Shown here one piece after another: positions 35,551 through 46,356 of a stretch of 64,000 bases of DNA; the first letter of the stretch is position 1; every line of letters starts with the position of its first letter. Location: the IMG/VR virus record IMGVR_UViG_3300020358_000003; one strand, given 5' to 3'. The translations under genes and the position numbers were made by a program. The stretch comes from an uncultured virus (IMG/VR IMGVR_UViG_3300020358_000003). Its lineage: Duplodnaviria > Heunggongvirae > Uroviricota > Caudoviricetes. The notes below the pieces were generated by a model, which was given only the letters and a program-made list of their open reading frames with translations, made no database searches and was not told the DNA's origin.

Positions 35551-36033
35551 TTATAGACGTTTTAATTTTTTCAACTTGGGTAATGGTTTCAATTGCTTGG
35601 GCATAATACCCATTTTAATCAATGTTTTTTCAGTCCAAATTTCAAAGGTCCAACCCCTATCTTTGGCATAAGATTCTGCTGCTTTCCACTTATTCATATT
35701 TTTTACATAAGCCATACCTTCATTAATATAACGCTTAGTTTTGCGAGATGGTACTTTTGGCGGTCTAGTTTGTGAATCTGGTTTTATTTCTATGAGGTAA
35801 ACTTTATCATTTAATTTTATTTTTAGGTCCATAAAATATCTATGATACTTCCTATCAACATCATAAAAATAAGGAATTACAACTTCCTCACTTGACCATT
35901 CAGTGATTTGTGTTTGACTGTCGCACCATTGAAAAGCATACCTTTCCCAACCAGAGCGATATACGACATTATCTGGATCACCCTTGTACTTTTTACGATT
36001 TTTTATTTTATATTTGCCTTTGTGTGTTCTCAT
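35551..36033 (-). CDS. gp4: head completion nuclease gp4
   Basis: KYKGDP..VVYRSGWE, WSSEE, HRYFMD, IEIKP, KWKAA; start moved to MRTHKG. Confidence 0.9.
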   Translation of the reverse strand: MRTHKGKYKIKNRKKYKGDPDNVVYRSGWERYAFQWCDSQTQITEWSSEEVVIPYFYDVDRKYHRYFMDLKIKLNDKVYLIEIKPDSQTRPPKVPSRKTKRYINEGMAYVKNMNKWKAAESYAKDRGWTFEIWTEKTLIKMGIMPKQLKPLPKLKKLKRL

Positions 36034-36041
36034 TTTTCTCA

Positions 36042-36072
36042 TATAAATAATGGTAGTATTAATGTATTTATG
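36042..36072. promoter_or_regulatory. late promoter pair serving the divergent gp4 and gp48 genes
   Basis: TATAAATA (+, 36042-36049) and CATAAATA (-, 36065-36072). Confidence 0.7.
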
Positions 36073-36082
36073 GAAAAAAAAC

Positions 36083-37072
36083 ATGCCAGGAAATAGACTA
36101 GAATTCCCAATCCATGAGAGAGATCGTTATAAAGCGAGAATACGGTTTGAAACATTAGTGATTGATCCTATTGAGGTGGGAAGTGTCATAAATGCTCACG
36201 CTGCAAATTCTACAGATAAGAGAATGGGTATTGGTCCTAGTGGACTTCTATCTGCTGATGCGTTGAGTAGGGCATTTCAGGAAAAAGGTCAATTATTTAA
36301 TACTAAAGAAATATTGAAAAAACAAGTAAAAAGAAGAAGTGGTGAAACTTGTCATTTATATATGCCACCATCAATTCAAATACAAGACGGTGTTATGTAT
36401 GAAAATATGGAGTTCGGAACATTTGCTACTGGTTTAAATGATATTTTAAATAGCGGTTCTGGTGGTGTTACGGCAGTTGCTAAAGCACTTAAAGAATCTA
36501 GTATTTTTACAGATGCTGCAAAAATTATGAGAAGTGAATTTGAAAGCCAAGACTTGGCAAGAGTAGGAATTTCAAAACTCGTAAATAAATTTGGTTCAGC
36601 GGGTGGTGCAGTAAGATCATCTTTGCAAACAACACCAAATCCTAATATGAGAGCAATATTTAAATCTGTTAATTTAAGAGAATTTTCTTGGTCATTTAAA
36701 CTTATCCCAAACTCAAAAATTGAGGCAGAAGAAATTAAGGATATTATTAATTGGTTTAGAAGAAATTTATATCCAGAAGGAATAGTTAGAGGTGGTATTG
36801 TTGTTGGTTACAGGTTCCCACCTATGTTTAGAATCCATTTACTTTATGATTCAAAAGAAATGAATCGCACCAATGAAGCATTTATATTTAAAGATATGCA
36901 TATGAAATCATTTAACGCCACCTATAATTCTGGAACCGCAGGTTTTCATGCTGGTGGTGATTATTCTGAAGTTGATATTAGTATATCGTTTGTTGAAAGT
37001 GAAACATTCACCAGACAAGATTTTGATAAAACAAATGCTAGGACGATGCTTGATGGAATGGGGGTAGGATAA
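36083..37072 (+). CDS. gp48: baseplate tail tube cap gp48-like
   Basis: LYMP, NPN...F..V.LREFSWSFKLIP.S..EA..I..II; synteny with gp53. Confidence 0.75.
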   Translation: MPGNRLEFPIHERDRYKARIRFETLVIDPIEVGSVINAHAANSTDKRMGIGPSGLLSADALSRAFQEKGQLFNTKEILKKQVKRRSGETCHLYMPPSIQIQDGVMYENMEFGTFATGLNDILNSGSGGVTAVAKALKESSIFTDAAKIMRSEFESQDLARVGISKLVNKFGSAGGAVRSSLQTTPNPNMRAIFKSVNLREFSWSFKLIPNSKIEAEEIKDIINWFRRNLYPEGIVRGGIVVGYRFPPMFRIHLLYDSKEMNRTNEAFIFKDMHMKSFNATYNSGTAGFHAGGDYSEVDISISFVESETFTRQDFDKTNARTMLDGMGVG

Positions 37073-37791
37073 TGACATTTTTTAACAGATTTCCAGTAGA
37101 GTTATATAACTTTGGGGATGAAACTGATCCTTCCATAATTCAAAATATATCAGCATATGTAGATATTATAGATGAATTAAAAGATAATGTTTCTATATAT
37201 GAAAAATATGAAATTATTGAAGGCGAAAGGCCAGATACTCTTTCACAAAAATTATATGGATCAACCAAGTATTACTGGACATTTTATCTTATGAATGATA
37301 AAATTCGTAGAAATGGATTTCCACTACGGTCAAATGATGTGGTTACTTGGTCAAAGAAAAAACATCCAAATACAACTTTGGTTACAAGAGATTATTTTTT
37401 TACCAAAATGCAAATAGGTGATAGCATTACAGGAGTTACTTCTAATACAGTTGCTGAGATTATTGATAGAGATGTGAACTTAGGTCATATTGTTGTAAAA
37501 GGTACTAAATCGTTTACTAACGGCGAAACTATTCAAAAAACTGGAGATTCTACTCAATCAATAATTCTACAATCACATTCAAGTGAACATCTTGCAGCCA
37601 GATATTTTACTAATGCCTCTGGTGATCAAGTTGATATTGATCCAACAGTCGGCGGCGGCTCAAACACTGAGGTTACACATCTTGATTATTATCAAAAATT
37701 AAATAATGAAACTAGAATAATCAGAGTTATAAAAGCAGATAGTATTTTAGAGATATATGATAATTACAAATTATCATTATTGGTGGACTAG
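37072..37791 (+). CDS. gp53: baseplate wedge subunit gp53
   Basis: FF..FP...Y, GERPDTLSQKLYG...YYW...LMN. Confidence 0.85.
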   Translation: MTFFNRFPVELYNFGDETDPSIIQNISAYVDIIDELKDNVSIYEKYEIIEGERPDTLSQKLYGSTKYYWTFYLMNDKIRRNGFPLRSNDVVTWSKKKHPNTTLVTRDYFFTKMQIGDSITGVTSNTVAEIIDRDVNLGHIVVKGTKSFTNGETIQKTGDSTQSIILQSHSSEHLAARYFTNASGDQVDIDPTVGGGSNTEVTHLDYYQKLNNETRIIRVIKADSILEIYDNYKLSLLVD

Positions 37792-37794
37792 ATT

Positions 37795-39129
37795 ATGATA
37801 ACTCGTAGTATTGAACCAGAAAATAGATCACCGTTCAATTATAATTTAAAAAAATGTGAAATCAGTGGAGAAAGAATGTCTGGTTCAATTGACTTGAGCG
37901 CGGTTTCTATTGAAATTAAATTGTTTGAAAATATTAATAATCCATTTATTAGTGGAGAAATCGCTATATTAGATAATGATGATTTGATGAACAGAATAGG
38001 TTTTTCTGGTACAGAAAAATTATCAGTAGAGATTGAAACTGAATTTGCAAATATAAGAAAGAAATTTATTGTTACTGAAGTTATTAACACATTAAGTACG
38101 AATGGTAAAGATAAAGTAATTTTATTACAAATTTTAGAAGATATTTCATTTTTATCTAAATTAATAAGAGTTTCTAAATCATACAGCGGCTCTCCAGATA
38201 TCATAATAAAAAATATTTTAAAGGAACATCTTAATAGAGATATGTTTAATATATCATCTCAAGAACATAATGATGGGCCGATGAAAGTAATCGTTCCAAA
38301 TTTGACGCCATTAGGTGCATGTGAATGGATACAAAGACGCGCAGTAACAAAAAGTGGTATGCCATTTTATCTTTTTTCAACTTTGTCCGATGATAAGATA
38401 AGGTATAATGATCTAGAATCTATATTAACATCTAAACCATTGAATGAAAATAATACGCCATATTTTTATAATCAAGGAATTGCGAACAATAATTTGGATG
38501 AAAATGGACAATCATTTATAATTAGTGATACTACACAGTCTCACGCTGAAAATACGATAATGTTATGTCAGTTAGGTTTTATGTCTAGTACCTATACAAA
38601 TATTGATACTGTAAAAGGTTCTAAATTAGAGAATATGCATATTATGGCAGATGTTCTTAAAGACTTGAAAAGTAGTGTTTTTAGATCAGGTCAAAAAGAA
38701 GCAATTATTGATACAACAAATACATTTAATAATAAAAAAATTCAAGAATATGATACAAGACAGATTACCAGAATTACTCCAACAAATTCATATGAAAATG
38801 AATATAAAAATTATAGTGAAGCGAATGATGTTTCTGCACATATGTTAAAAGCAAAGGCTATATCTTTAAGAGGAATATTAAGTAAATCTCCTATAGATAT
38901 ATCGGTGCCGGGAAGAAATTTCTGCCAAACAAATAAAAATGTTAGTATCGGTAATACAATAAATTTAGACTTTTCAAGGATGTTGGAGTTTGAAAAAAAA
39001 ATTCAGCATGACCCAAAGAAATCTGGAACCTATATGATTCACGCAGTGCGACACGTATTTTCTGGGCCAAAATATATGGCAACGGTTGGATGCAGTCGCT
39101 TGTCTCAAAAAACTCCAGAAAGAGGATAA
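37795..39129 (+). CDS. probable baseplate hub protein (gp27-like)
   Basis: Lies between gp53 and gp5; FENI..PFISG, G.E, VPG, SGTYMI..VRH. Confidence 0.6.
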   Translation: MITRSIEPENRSPFNYNLKKCEISGERMSGSIDLSAVSIEIKLFENINNPFISGEIAILDNDDLMNRIGFSGTEKLSVEIETEFANIRKKFIVTEVINTLSTNGKDKVILLQILEDISFLSKLIRVSKSYSGSPDIIIKNILKEHLNRDMFNISSQEHNDGPMKVIVPNLTPLGACEWIQRRAVTKSGMPFYLFSTLSDDKIRYNDLESILTSKPLNENNTPYFYNQGIANNNLDENGQSFIISDTTQSHAENTIMLCQLGFMSSTYTNIDTVKGSKLENMHIMADVLKDLKSSVFRSGQKEAIIDTTNTFNNKKIQEYDTRQITRITPTNSYENEYKNYSEANDVSAHMLKAKAISLRGILSKSPIDISVPGRNFCQTNKNVSIGNTINLDFSRMLEFEKKIQHDPKKSGTYMIHAVRHVFSGPKYMATVGCSRLSQKTPERG

Positions 39130-39134
39130 TTATT

Positions 39135-40013
39135 ATGCAACCACAAGATTTTTATGGTGATACAATGCGTTGGTTTGTGGGTGTTGTTGAAGATAATTTA
39201 GACCCTTTAAAACTTGGAAGAGTTAGGGTAAGGATACAAGGTATTCATAGTGAAAGATTAACAGACATTCCTTTAAATGATCTTCCTTGGGCGCAAGTAA
39301 TGCTTCCAACAACAGAGGGTGGTATTTCTGGTATAGGAAAAATGCCTAGACTTCAGCCGGGTGCTATGGTAGTCGGTTTTTTTACTGATGGTATTAATTC
39401 TCAAAATCCACTTGTTATAGGATCAATTCCTACTATGGAATCTGAATGGAATAGTCCACCGATACACGGTTATGATGAAGGTTACCTTGAAAATTATCAA
39501 CCGAAAGACTATTATGATGGGAAAGTTAAAAAGTTGAACTTACCTGGCGGTAGTAATCCAGAACAGTCATATCATTATTTTTTAAGCCAAGGATTTTCTC
39601 CAGAACAATCAGCAGGAATAGTTGGAAATTTTATGGTTGAATCTACTCCAAAAATGAGTACTAAAGCGAGAAATCAAGGTGATGGTAGAGATGGTAGTGA
39701 TAGCATAGGTATTGCCCAATGGAACTCTGGCAGAGCAAAATCACTGCATTCCTTTGCAGATACAAATGGATTAACTTGGGATGATTTAGACACACAACTT
39801 CAATTTGTTATGGTAGAATTAAGGGGTACTCACAAGCATGTTTATACTGCAATGAAAAATGCTAAGACTATAAAAGATTCTGCATGGATATGGGAAAGAA
39901 AATATGAAATACCAAAGTTGGGTTCTCATCCAGAAAGGTTTAAGTTTGCAAGAGAAGTTTTTGCTACTTATCTAACAACAGTTACTGAATATGAACCGCA
40001 AGCAGGAGAATAA
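39135..40013 (+). CDS. gp5: gp5 N-terminal OB-fold domain fused to a phage tail lysozyme domain
   Basis: WFVGVVED..DPLKLGRVRVRI.G.H, LPWA; AGIVGNFMVES...GIAQWN..R. Confidence 0.85.
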   Translation: MQPQDFYGDTMRWFVGVVEDNLDPLKLGRVRVRIQGIHSERLTDIPLNDLPWAQVMLPTTEGGISGIGKMPRLQPGAMVVGFFTDGINSQNPLVIGSIPTMESEWNSPPIHGYDEGYLENYQPKDYYDGKVKKLNLPGGSNPEQSYHYFLSQGFSPEQSAGIVGNFMVESTPKMSTKARNQGDGRDGSDSIGIAQWNSGRAKSLHSFADTNGLTWDDLDTQLQFVMVELRGTHKHVYTAMKNAKTIKDSAWIWERKYEIPKLGSHPERFKFAREVFATYLTTVTEYEPQAGE

Positions 40014-40016
40014 TAG

Positions 40017-41930
40017 ATGCCATTAACAAATAGTATAGATTTTTCTCAAGTAAATCAAGCGTTAGGCGATTTGAAAAATGTTTCCGATCTTTCAGCAACA
40101 GCAGATAAGATGTTAAATTCCGCGCAGAATTTAGTAAATGTTAAGTCTACGCCACTTGGGAGTGAGGTTGGTGAGGTTGTAGGTGGAATTCAATCTTTAG
40201 TTCAAGAAGTAGATTACTTAGACCCAAACTCTTTAATTGAGAATTTAGGTGTCGCTAAAATAACTTCAGAACTTGAAGGATTTTCAGATTTACAAAAAAT
40301 TCCTACTGGTCCTGTTATACTTGAGGCTCTTACTGGGTTGAGTTCAGAGTTATCTTCTATCCCAATACAATTGAACCAAATAATAACTTCACCTGCCCCA
40401 GCATCAATTGCTGCTAACTTAGAGTCTGTAATGGGAAAACTACCTAATGCTAGTGCTTTAAGTAAACTAAGTGGAAATTCTATAGACGCGCTTTCATCAG
40501 TAACTGATATGTTAGGTAGTTTAACCACCCTCTCACAAGGCATTGGTGGAATTGAAGACAAATTTAAAAATGCAGCAGCAACTTTTGAATCCCAAATAAA
40601 TAATAATTTAGCAGATGTGAAGGGCGGTATCATAAATAGATTGTTAGAAAACACCAATCCTGTTATTGGTAATGAGATAACTTCATTGTCCAAAGGTTTA
40701 TTAAATGCATCAGAACAATTAGAAACATTACAAAATATTTTAAATGGAAGAAATGATATAGTATCAGACCTAATATCAGAAAAGATTTCAAAAGCGTTCC
40801 CTCTTGATGATATATCAGTTTTACAAGGTATGATTGGTTTGCTAGACCCATCTATTACAAATATGGTTAATTCTGGTAGCTTATCAGTACAAAAGAAAAC
40901 TTTGGGTAATAGGGTATCAACTAAGACTGAACAAGCATGGAAAAATCCAGATGAGAAATATGTTTTTACAAGGATTCATTCTTATGAAGAAGTAATATCA
41001 GAATTTAGAGGTGCTACAAGAGAAATAAGTGAGGTGGTTGTTCATTGGAGTGCCACATATATTAATCAAAATATTGGTGCGGAAGAAATTGATCAGTGGC
41101 ACAAAGCCAGAGATTTTTCGGGAATAGGATATCATTATGTTATCCGTAGAGATGGGTCACTACAAAGAGGTAGACCGTTGAATGAGATTGGCGCACATGC
41201 TAAAACTGGTGGTCATAATAATTTTAGTGTTGGAATATGTCTTGTTGGTGGATATAATTGCGCTAGTGGAACTAAAAATCCAGATCAGTTCGCTAATAGC
41301 ACATCAATAAATAACGCACAGTGGGCTTCACTTAAAAACTTTTTAAGGGCGTTTTATTCAGTTCATCCGGGAGGTCAAGTTTGGGGTCATAATGATACTG
41401 ATCCAAATAGTAAAATTGATCCGGGGGTATCTATGGAAAATTTCGTATTTAAACATTTTAAAAAAAGAAATCTAAGTATTGAAGGACGAAAAAGTTCTAT
41501 AAGTCCATCAGTAATTGCAACTGGTATAAGAGATGTTTCAGTATCAAATGCAGTCGCTCCACAGACTCAAGAAGTTATTGAACCTAAAGCGAATACGCGA
41601 GATGGTCCTTTTGTGGGTTCACAATATCTTGCAGAATCAAAAGGATTTTCTCAACACGCATCCTATCCAGAAATGTATGATTTTCAATATGTAACTGAAG
41701 ATTGGAAAGATGCAAGCAGATATCCAATTGGAACAAAATTCACCGAATATACTGGACACCAGTTCTACGAAAAGGGATTTGACACAAATGTTTGGCAAAT
41801 ATGGGAACATTTGGTTGGTGACCGACCTGGCTCTAGAATTTTAGTGGATACTAGTGATAGTGAGGAAGTAAATAGATGGGCGCGATTAGAAAAACGTCAA
41901 GCACCCATGGGAAGAATTAATAGAGGTTAG
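40017..41930 (+). CDS. structural protein with an N-acetylmuramoyl-L-alanine amidase (Amidase_2) domain
   Basis: VVHWSAT, IDQWH, IGYHYVIRRDG..Q.GR, GAH, S.GICLVGG, GHND. Confidence 0.85.
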   Translation: MPLTNSIDFSQVNQALGDLKNVSDLSATADKMLNSAQNLVNVKSTPLGSEVGEVVGGIQSLVQEVDYLDPNSLIENLGVAKITSELEGFSDLQKIPTGPVILEALTGLSSELSSIPIQLNQIITSPAPASIAANLESVMGKLPNASALSKLSGNSIDALSSVTDMLGSLTTLSQGIGGIEDKFKNAAATFESQINNNLADVKGGIINRLLENTNPVIGNEITSLSKGLLNASEQLETLQNILNGRNDIVSDLISEKISKAFPLDDISVLQGMIGLLDPSITNMVNSGSLSVQKKTLGNRVSTKTEQAWKNPDEKYVFTRIHSYEEVISEFRGATREISEVVVHWSATYINQNIGAEEIDQWHKARDFSGIGYHYVIRRDGSLQRGRPLNEIGAHAKTGGHNNFSVGICLVGGYNCASGTKNPDQFANSTSINNAQWASLKNFLRAFYSVHPGGQVWGHNDTDPNSKIDPGVSMENFVFKHFKKRNLSIEGRKSSISPSVIATGIRDVSVSNAVAPQTQEVIEPKANTRDGPFVGSQYLAESKGFSQHASYPEMYDFQYVTEDWKDASRYPIGTKFTEYTGHQFYEKGFDTNVWQIWEHLVGDRPGSRILVDTSDSEEVNRWARLEKRQAPMGRINRG

Positions 41931-41933
41931 AAT

Positions 41934-44051
41934 ATGACAACAGAAATAGACGATATTATAACCAGAGAAAAGAATTTTCCATTTGCCAATGAAAACCAAG
42001 GCATTGGGAAAGGTTTTTCTGATCCCTCAAATCAGTTTCCCAAAGCAGAATATACTGGAAAAAGTTCTATAAACGAATCTGCTAGAGGTGAGAATACAAA
42101 TAATTTAAATATTAAAAATGGTATTCCTGGAAAAGGTATGGGTTACCAACCAGTTCACGATTATGATTACTCCAAAGTTCAAGTTGATGAGTCTCTATGC
42201 GGTCACGTAATTGAAGTAAACGACACTCCGGGTGGAGAGAGAATACTTTTGAAACATGCTTGCGGTGCTGGAGTTGACATACAACCAGATGGTACTATAA
42301 TTATTAATAGTACTGGCAATAGAGTTGATATTTGTAATGGCGAACATACAATGACGATTGAGGGTGATGGTACAGTTTTATACACTGGAAATTTGAATAT
42401 GACAGTTACTGGTGATTACAATTTAAATGTAAAAGGTGACTACAATATCAATGTTGGTGGCAGAAAAGTTTTAGATATAGTTGGCTCTTTCACCAAAACT
42501 GTTGGTGGAGTAATGAGAGAATATATTAAAAAATCTAAATCAGTGACAGTTCTTAAACAATCCACTAATACTTTGCTAGGTAATGTTACAAATGCAATTA
42601 AAGGTAGTTTAACAAATATTATAGACGGTTCTAGTGATTATTCACATAAAGGTTCTTTGACGTTTACCTCAGAAACAGATTTAGCGATAAGTTCTCCAAA
42701 TATTAATATGGTTGCCGAAAATATGACTTGTATTGGTACTGCTGGAACTATTGGCGGTAAAGATATGATAACTTACTCTAAAAATATTTTTGTTAATGAG
42801 ACCGTTCAAACTAAAAATTTATATATAACCAATAACGCCAAAGCAGACGGAAAATTTGTAGGTTATTTGGCTGGGAATGCTTCTGGTGCAGAATTTGCAA
42901 ATAAGGCAGGAGTTGCAAAATCTGGTGTAGGTAAGATACCATCTGATCAAAAATTTGAAACGCAAACAAATTTTGAAGCGAATTTAGACGAAACTGCACA
43001 GCCAGTAGACTCTGAAATAAAAAGAATATTATCAGAAACTCGCTTTGGAATTAGACAATGTAGCGTTGATGGTGATGGTGGTATTACTAATTCAATAGAT
43101 TTATCTGTTCCAACTGGTGGGATTACTGAGAAAGACCTAACAACAAGAGGCGTAAGGTCAAAACTTAAAAACTCTAATAACTTACAAAACAATAAGTTTG
43201 TTTTAAGGCAAGTGAGTAAAGGAGTCCTATCTCCCACATATAGTGATCCAGCACCAACTGAATTGGGGAGAATGGTTAATAAAAAAGAAAATACGGTGGC
43301 AGGTTCTAAAGATATTGGGCCGCATGGAAGAGAGTCTAGAATTACTAGAACATTACATTCAGAGGCCGCAGAAACAGATAAGCATCATCAGTTGATACCA
43401 AATCCACTATTCAATCCATCAACATTAACTGTAATTAACTCAAACACAAAATTATCAAATAATACCTCAATATCAAAATTTTCTGCATCTGAAGGTGATT
43501 CAACGACTATTTCACATATAGTTGCTTTAGAGGATAGGAGAGCAATCGCAAGGAATCTTATTCCTCACGCCAGAATTATTGATCTATACCAAACTCTTGA
43601 TCAGTTTGATGGATATTCTTTAAATGTCGCAGAAGGTATTTACAAACTAGGCCCAGAAGAAGTTGTAGAAAGTGAAAGTATTAATGAATTAAAGCAAACT
43701 GGTAGAGCAATAGTTTATGAATTAATTTCTGTTACAACTGGAAAAGTAGCATTAAGTAAAACCTATGATTTGGCTGTATATCTTAAAGATAATATTCAGT
43801 ACGATAAAATGTCATTATACTATGATATATTAGACCCGAATGATACATCACACCATGCTCAGATTGCAATAAGTACTCCAAAAATACCATCTAACTATAA
43901 ATCATTTTTTAAAATGGATTTGGAGACACTATGGAATAATAATATTTTAAGTTCAACAGATTTGGTAGAAATTCCAGAACAAAATGTTGGTAAAATATCA
44001 GATTCAATGAATATTGTTGACGCATATGGTGAGGATTATAGTTCAAGTTAG
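41934..44051 (+). CDS. gp5 C-terminal beta-helix spike-like protein
   Basis: GHVIEVNDTPGGERI...H..G, then V.GDY-type 8-residue repeats. Confidence 0.75.
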   Translation: MTTEIDDIITREKNFPFANENQGIGKGFSDPSNQFPKAEYTGKSSINESARGENTNNLNIKNGIPGKGMGYQPVHDYDYSKVQVDESLCGHVIEVNDTPGGERILLKHACGAGVDIQPDGTIIINSTGNRVDICNGEHTMTIEGDGTVLYTGNLNMTVTGDYNLNVKGDYNINVGGRKVLDIVGSFTKTVGGVMREYIKKSKSVTVLKQSTNTLLGNVTNAIKGSLTNIIDGSSDYSHKGSLTFTSETDLAISSPNINMVAENMTCIGTAGTIGGKDMITYSKNIFVNETVQTKNLYITNNAKADGKFVGYLAGNASGAEFANKAGVAKSGVGKIPSDQKFETQTNFEANLDETAQPVDSEIKRILSETRFGIRQCSVDGDGGITNSIDLSVPTGGITEKDLTTRGVRSKLKNSNNLQNNKFVLRQVSKGVLSPTYSDPAPTELGRMVNKKENTVAGSKDIGPHGRESRITRTLHSEAAETDKHHQLIPNPLFNPSTLTVINSNTKLSNNTSISKFSASEGDSTTISHIVALEDRRAIARNLIPHARIIDLYQTLDQFDGYSLNVAEGIYKLGPEEVVESESINELKQTGRAIVYELISVTTGKVALSKTYDLAVYLKDNIQYDKMSLYYDILDPNDTSHHAQIAISTPKIPSNYKSFFKMDLETLWNNNILSSTDLVEIPEQNVGKISDSMNIVDAYGEDYSSS

Positions 44052-44061
44052 ATTAAAACTT

Positions 44062-44069
44062 TATAAATA
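44062..44069 (+). promoter_or_regulatory. T4-type late promoter
   Basis: Intergenic TATAAATA before gp25. Confidence 0.75.
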
Positions 44070-44096
44070 CTATAAACGAAAGTAAAGAGAAATTAA

Positions 44097-44537
44097 ATGG
44101 CAAGAAATTTATCACTTGAAGATAAAAATTTAGGAGTACTATCTCAAATAACTTTGAGAACTTCTTCCTATAGTGATATTGATTTATCCTTTACTAAAAG
44201 AAAAAACGGTGATATTTTCAAAAAAAATGATGCGGCGGCTGTAAAACAAGCAGTAAAAAACTTGATTTTGACCAATCATTATGAGAAGCCATTTAATATG
44301 TTTTACGGTGGTAATATTGTAAGGCTGCTGTTTGATTTAGCGGATGACGTTAATTCAAATGAGATTGAAAATCAAATAAGAGATGTGATTGAAAATTATG
44401 AACCAAGAGTAAGGGTGTTAGATATATCTGCTAATATAAAAGGTCAGTATAATTCTTGTTCAGTAATTATTACATTTCAAGTTATCAATAGTAATGAAAT
44501 ATTAACATTAGAAACAGATATTGCAAGGTTAAGATAA
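44097..44537 (+). CDS. gp25: baseplate wedge subunit gp25
   Basis: YSDIDLSF, AVKQAVKNLILTN..EKPF, YEPRV. Confidence 0.9.
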   Translation: MARNLSLEDKNLGVLSQITLRTSSYSDIDLSFTKRKNGDIFKKNDAAAVKQAVKNLILTNHYEKPFNMFYGGNIVRLLFDLADDVNSNEIENQIRDVIENYEPRVRVLDISANIKGQYNSCSVIITFQVINSNEILTLETDIARLR

Positions 44538-46355
44538 ATGACAACAAATATTACATCAACTCAATTAGATTTTGATCAAATAAAATCATCCTTAAAAACT
44601 TATCTTGCGAATAGTACTGAGTTTAGCGACTTTGATTTTGAAACATCAGGCTTATCAAATATTTTAGACGTTTTGGCATATAATACACATTTTAATGGAT
44701 TGATAGCAAACTTTGCTACTAATGAGTCTTTTCTAAATACTGCACAATTAAGATCATCTGTAGTATCTCATGCTGAAGGGCTTGGTTATAGACCAAAATC
44801 AAGAAATGCGTCAAAATCAACAATAACAGCATCTGTTGATTTATCTGGAGTTGGGGGTAGGCCATCTTCAATAACTTTACCTATAGGAACAACATTCACG
44901 GCCTCAAATGACTCAGCATCATATCAATTTTCTAGTCGGGCGGCTGTGACCGCAAATGATGTAAGTGGACTTTATACATTTGAAGATGTATTAGTTTACG
45001 AAGGTACAATAAAAACAAAAACTTTTTTGGTTGATTCTTTATCAACAAATCAAACATATGTTATTCCAGATGAAAATATAGATACAAGTACTCTTGACGT
45101 TAGGGTATATAATACTCCAACAACAAGCACTTATAGCACATATACTTTTTTAGAGGATGCTATTGAAGTATCTGCGACAACTGAGTATTATGACATAAAA
45201 GAATCCCCTAATGGATACTATGAGATTAATTTCGGTGATGGTGTGTCTTTTGGAAAGGCACCGCCTGTAGGTGGAAAAATATTAGTGACATATAATGTAG
45301 TTTCTGGACCAGATGCAAATGGTTCTTCTACGTTTTCTGCGGTTAACTCTTTACAGGTAAATAGTGTTAATTATAACATTAGTGTTGGAACTCAAATCGC
45401 ATCACATTCTGGAACAACCAAAGAATCTATTGATGCAATTAAAAAACTTGCACCTATACAATTTTCTTCGCAGCAAAGATTGGTTACACCTTTAGATTAT
45501 AAAGGTATGATATTATCTAAGTTTCCTACCGTTGTAGATGCAGCGGTTTGGGGTGGAGAACAGAATGTTCCAAAAGATCATGGAAAGGTTTATATGTCAT
45601 TGAAGTTCCCAGATGGAACAAGCGATGCTATAAAAACATCTACACAAAATCAAATAAAAACATCGTTTACTGATAATTTATCTATTATGTCTATAGACAA
45701 TGTATTCGTAGAGCCACAAATCACATATGTTGAAACAACTACAGAATTTTATTATAATAATGGTTTAACATCGTCAACATTATCAACACTAGAGACTTTA
45801 GTTAATAGTTATATTTCAACATATTTTGTAAACAATTTAGGTAAATTTGAAAATAAATTTAGAAGGTCGCCATTGCTAACAGGCATTGATAGTGTTGATC
45901 GTTCTATATTATCTTCTAAAATGGACATAAAAGTTCAACAGAGATTTTCACCAATTTTAGGAAGTAGCAATTCATATTCTTTGAATTTTCCAATTCCATT
46001 AGCATCATTTAACGATACTACACATACTATACAATCTTCACAATTTGTTTATAGAGACAGTGTTTGCATTTTTAGAAATAAGTTATCTTCAAATAAAATA
46101 GAAATTTTTGTTCCCGCTACTGGAACTATTCTTGAAACTGGCATAGGTTCATATAATAATATGAATGGTACGCTAACAATTAACACTTTCGCACCAACTT
46201 CTATTGTTGGTGGGCTATCAGAAATAAAAGTATCGGCAGTTCCGCAAGATCAAGCAGTCATCTCTCCTTTAAGAAATTACATACTTACGTTGGATATCGG
46301 TGCTTCGCGATCTTATGGAAATGTAGAAAATACAGATCAAAAGATAGTATTATAA
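44538..46355 (+). CDS. gp6: baseplate wedge subunit gp6
   Basis: LDFDQIK..LK.YL, DVLAYNTH, NESFL.TAQLRSSVVSHA, FGDG, QQRLVT..DY. Confidence 0.93.
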   Translation: MTTNITSTQLDFDQIKSSLKTYLANSTEFSDFDFETSGLSNILDVLAYNTHFNGLIANFATNESFLNTAQLRSSVVSHAEGLGYRPKSRNASKSTITASVDLSGVGGRPSSITLPIGTTFTASNDSASYQFSSRAAVTANDVSGLYTFEDVLVYEGTIKTKTFLVDSLSTNQTYVIPDENIDTSTLDVRVYNTPTTSTYSTYTFLEDAIEVSATTEYYDIKESPNGYYEINFGDGVSFGKAPPVGGKILVTYNVVSGPDANGSSTFSAVNSLQVNSVNYNISVGTQIASHSGTTKESIDAIKKLAPIQFSSQQRLVTPLDYKGMILSKFPTVVDAAVWGGEQNVPKDHGKVYMSLKFPDGTSDAIKTSTQNQIKTSFTDNLSIMSIDNVFVEPQITYVETTTEFYYNNGLTSSTLSTLETLVNSYISTYFVNNLGKFENKFRRSPLLTGIDSVDRSILSSKMDIKVQQRFSPILGSSNSYSLNFPIPLASFNDTTHTIQSSQFVYRDSVCIFRNKLSSNKIEIFVPATGTILETGIGSYNNMNGTLTINTFAPTSIVGGLSEIKVSAVPQDQAVISPLRNYILTLDIGASRSYGNVENTDQKIVL

Positions 46356-46356
46356 A

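Noticed and set aside
37072..44051. Genome-wide TAG stop-codon reassignment, suggested by in-frame TAG-xxx-ATG junctions at 37791 and 41930
   Set aside because: Core genes are full length under code 11, one gp5 junction has a double TAA TAG stop, and no suppressor tRNA is present in the window.
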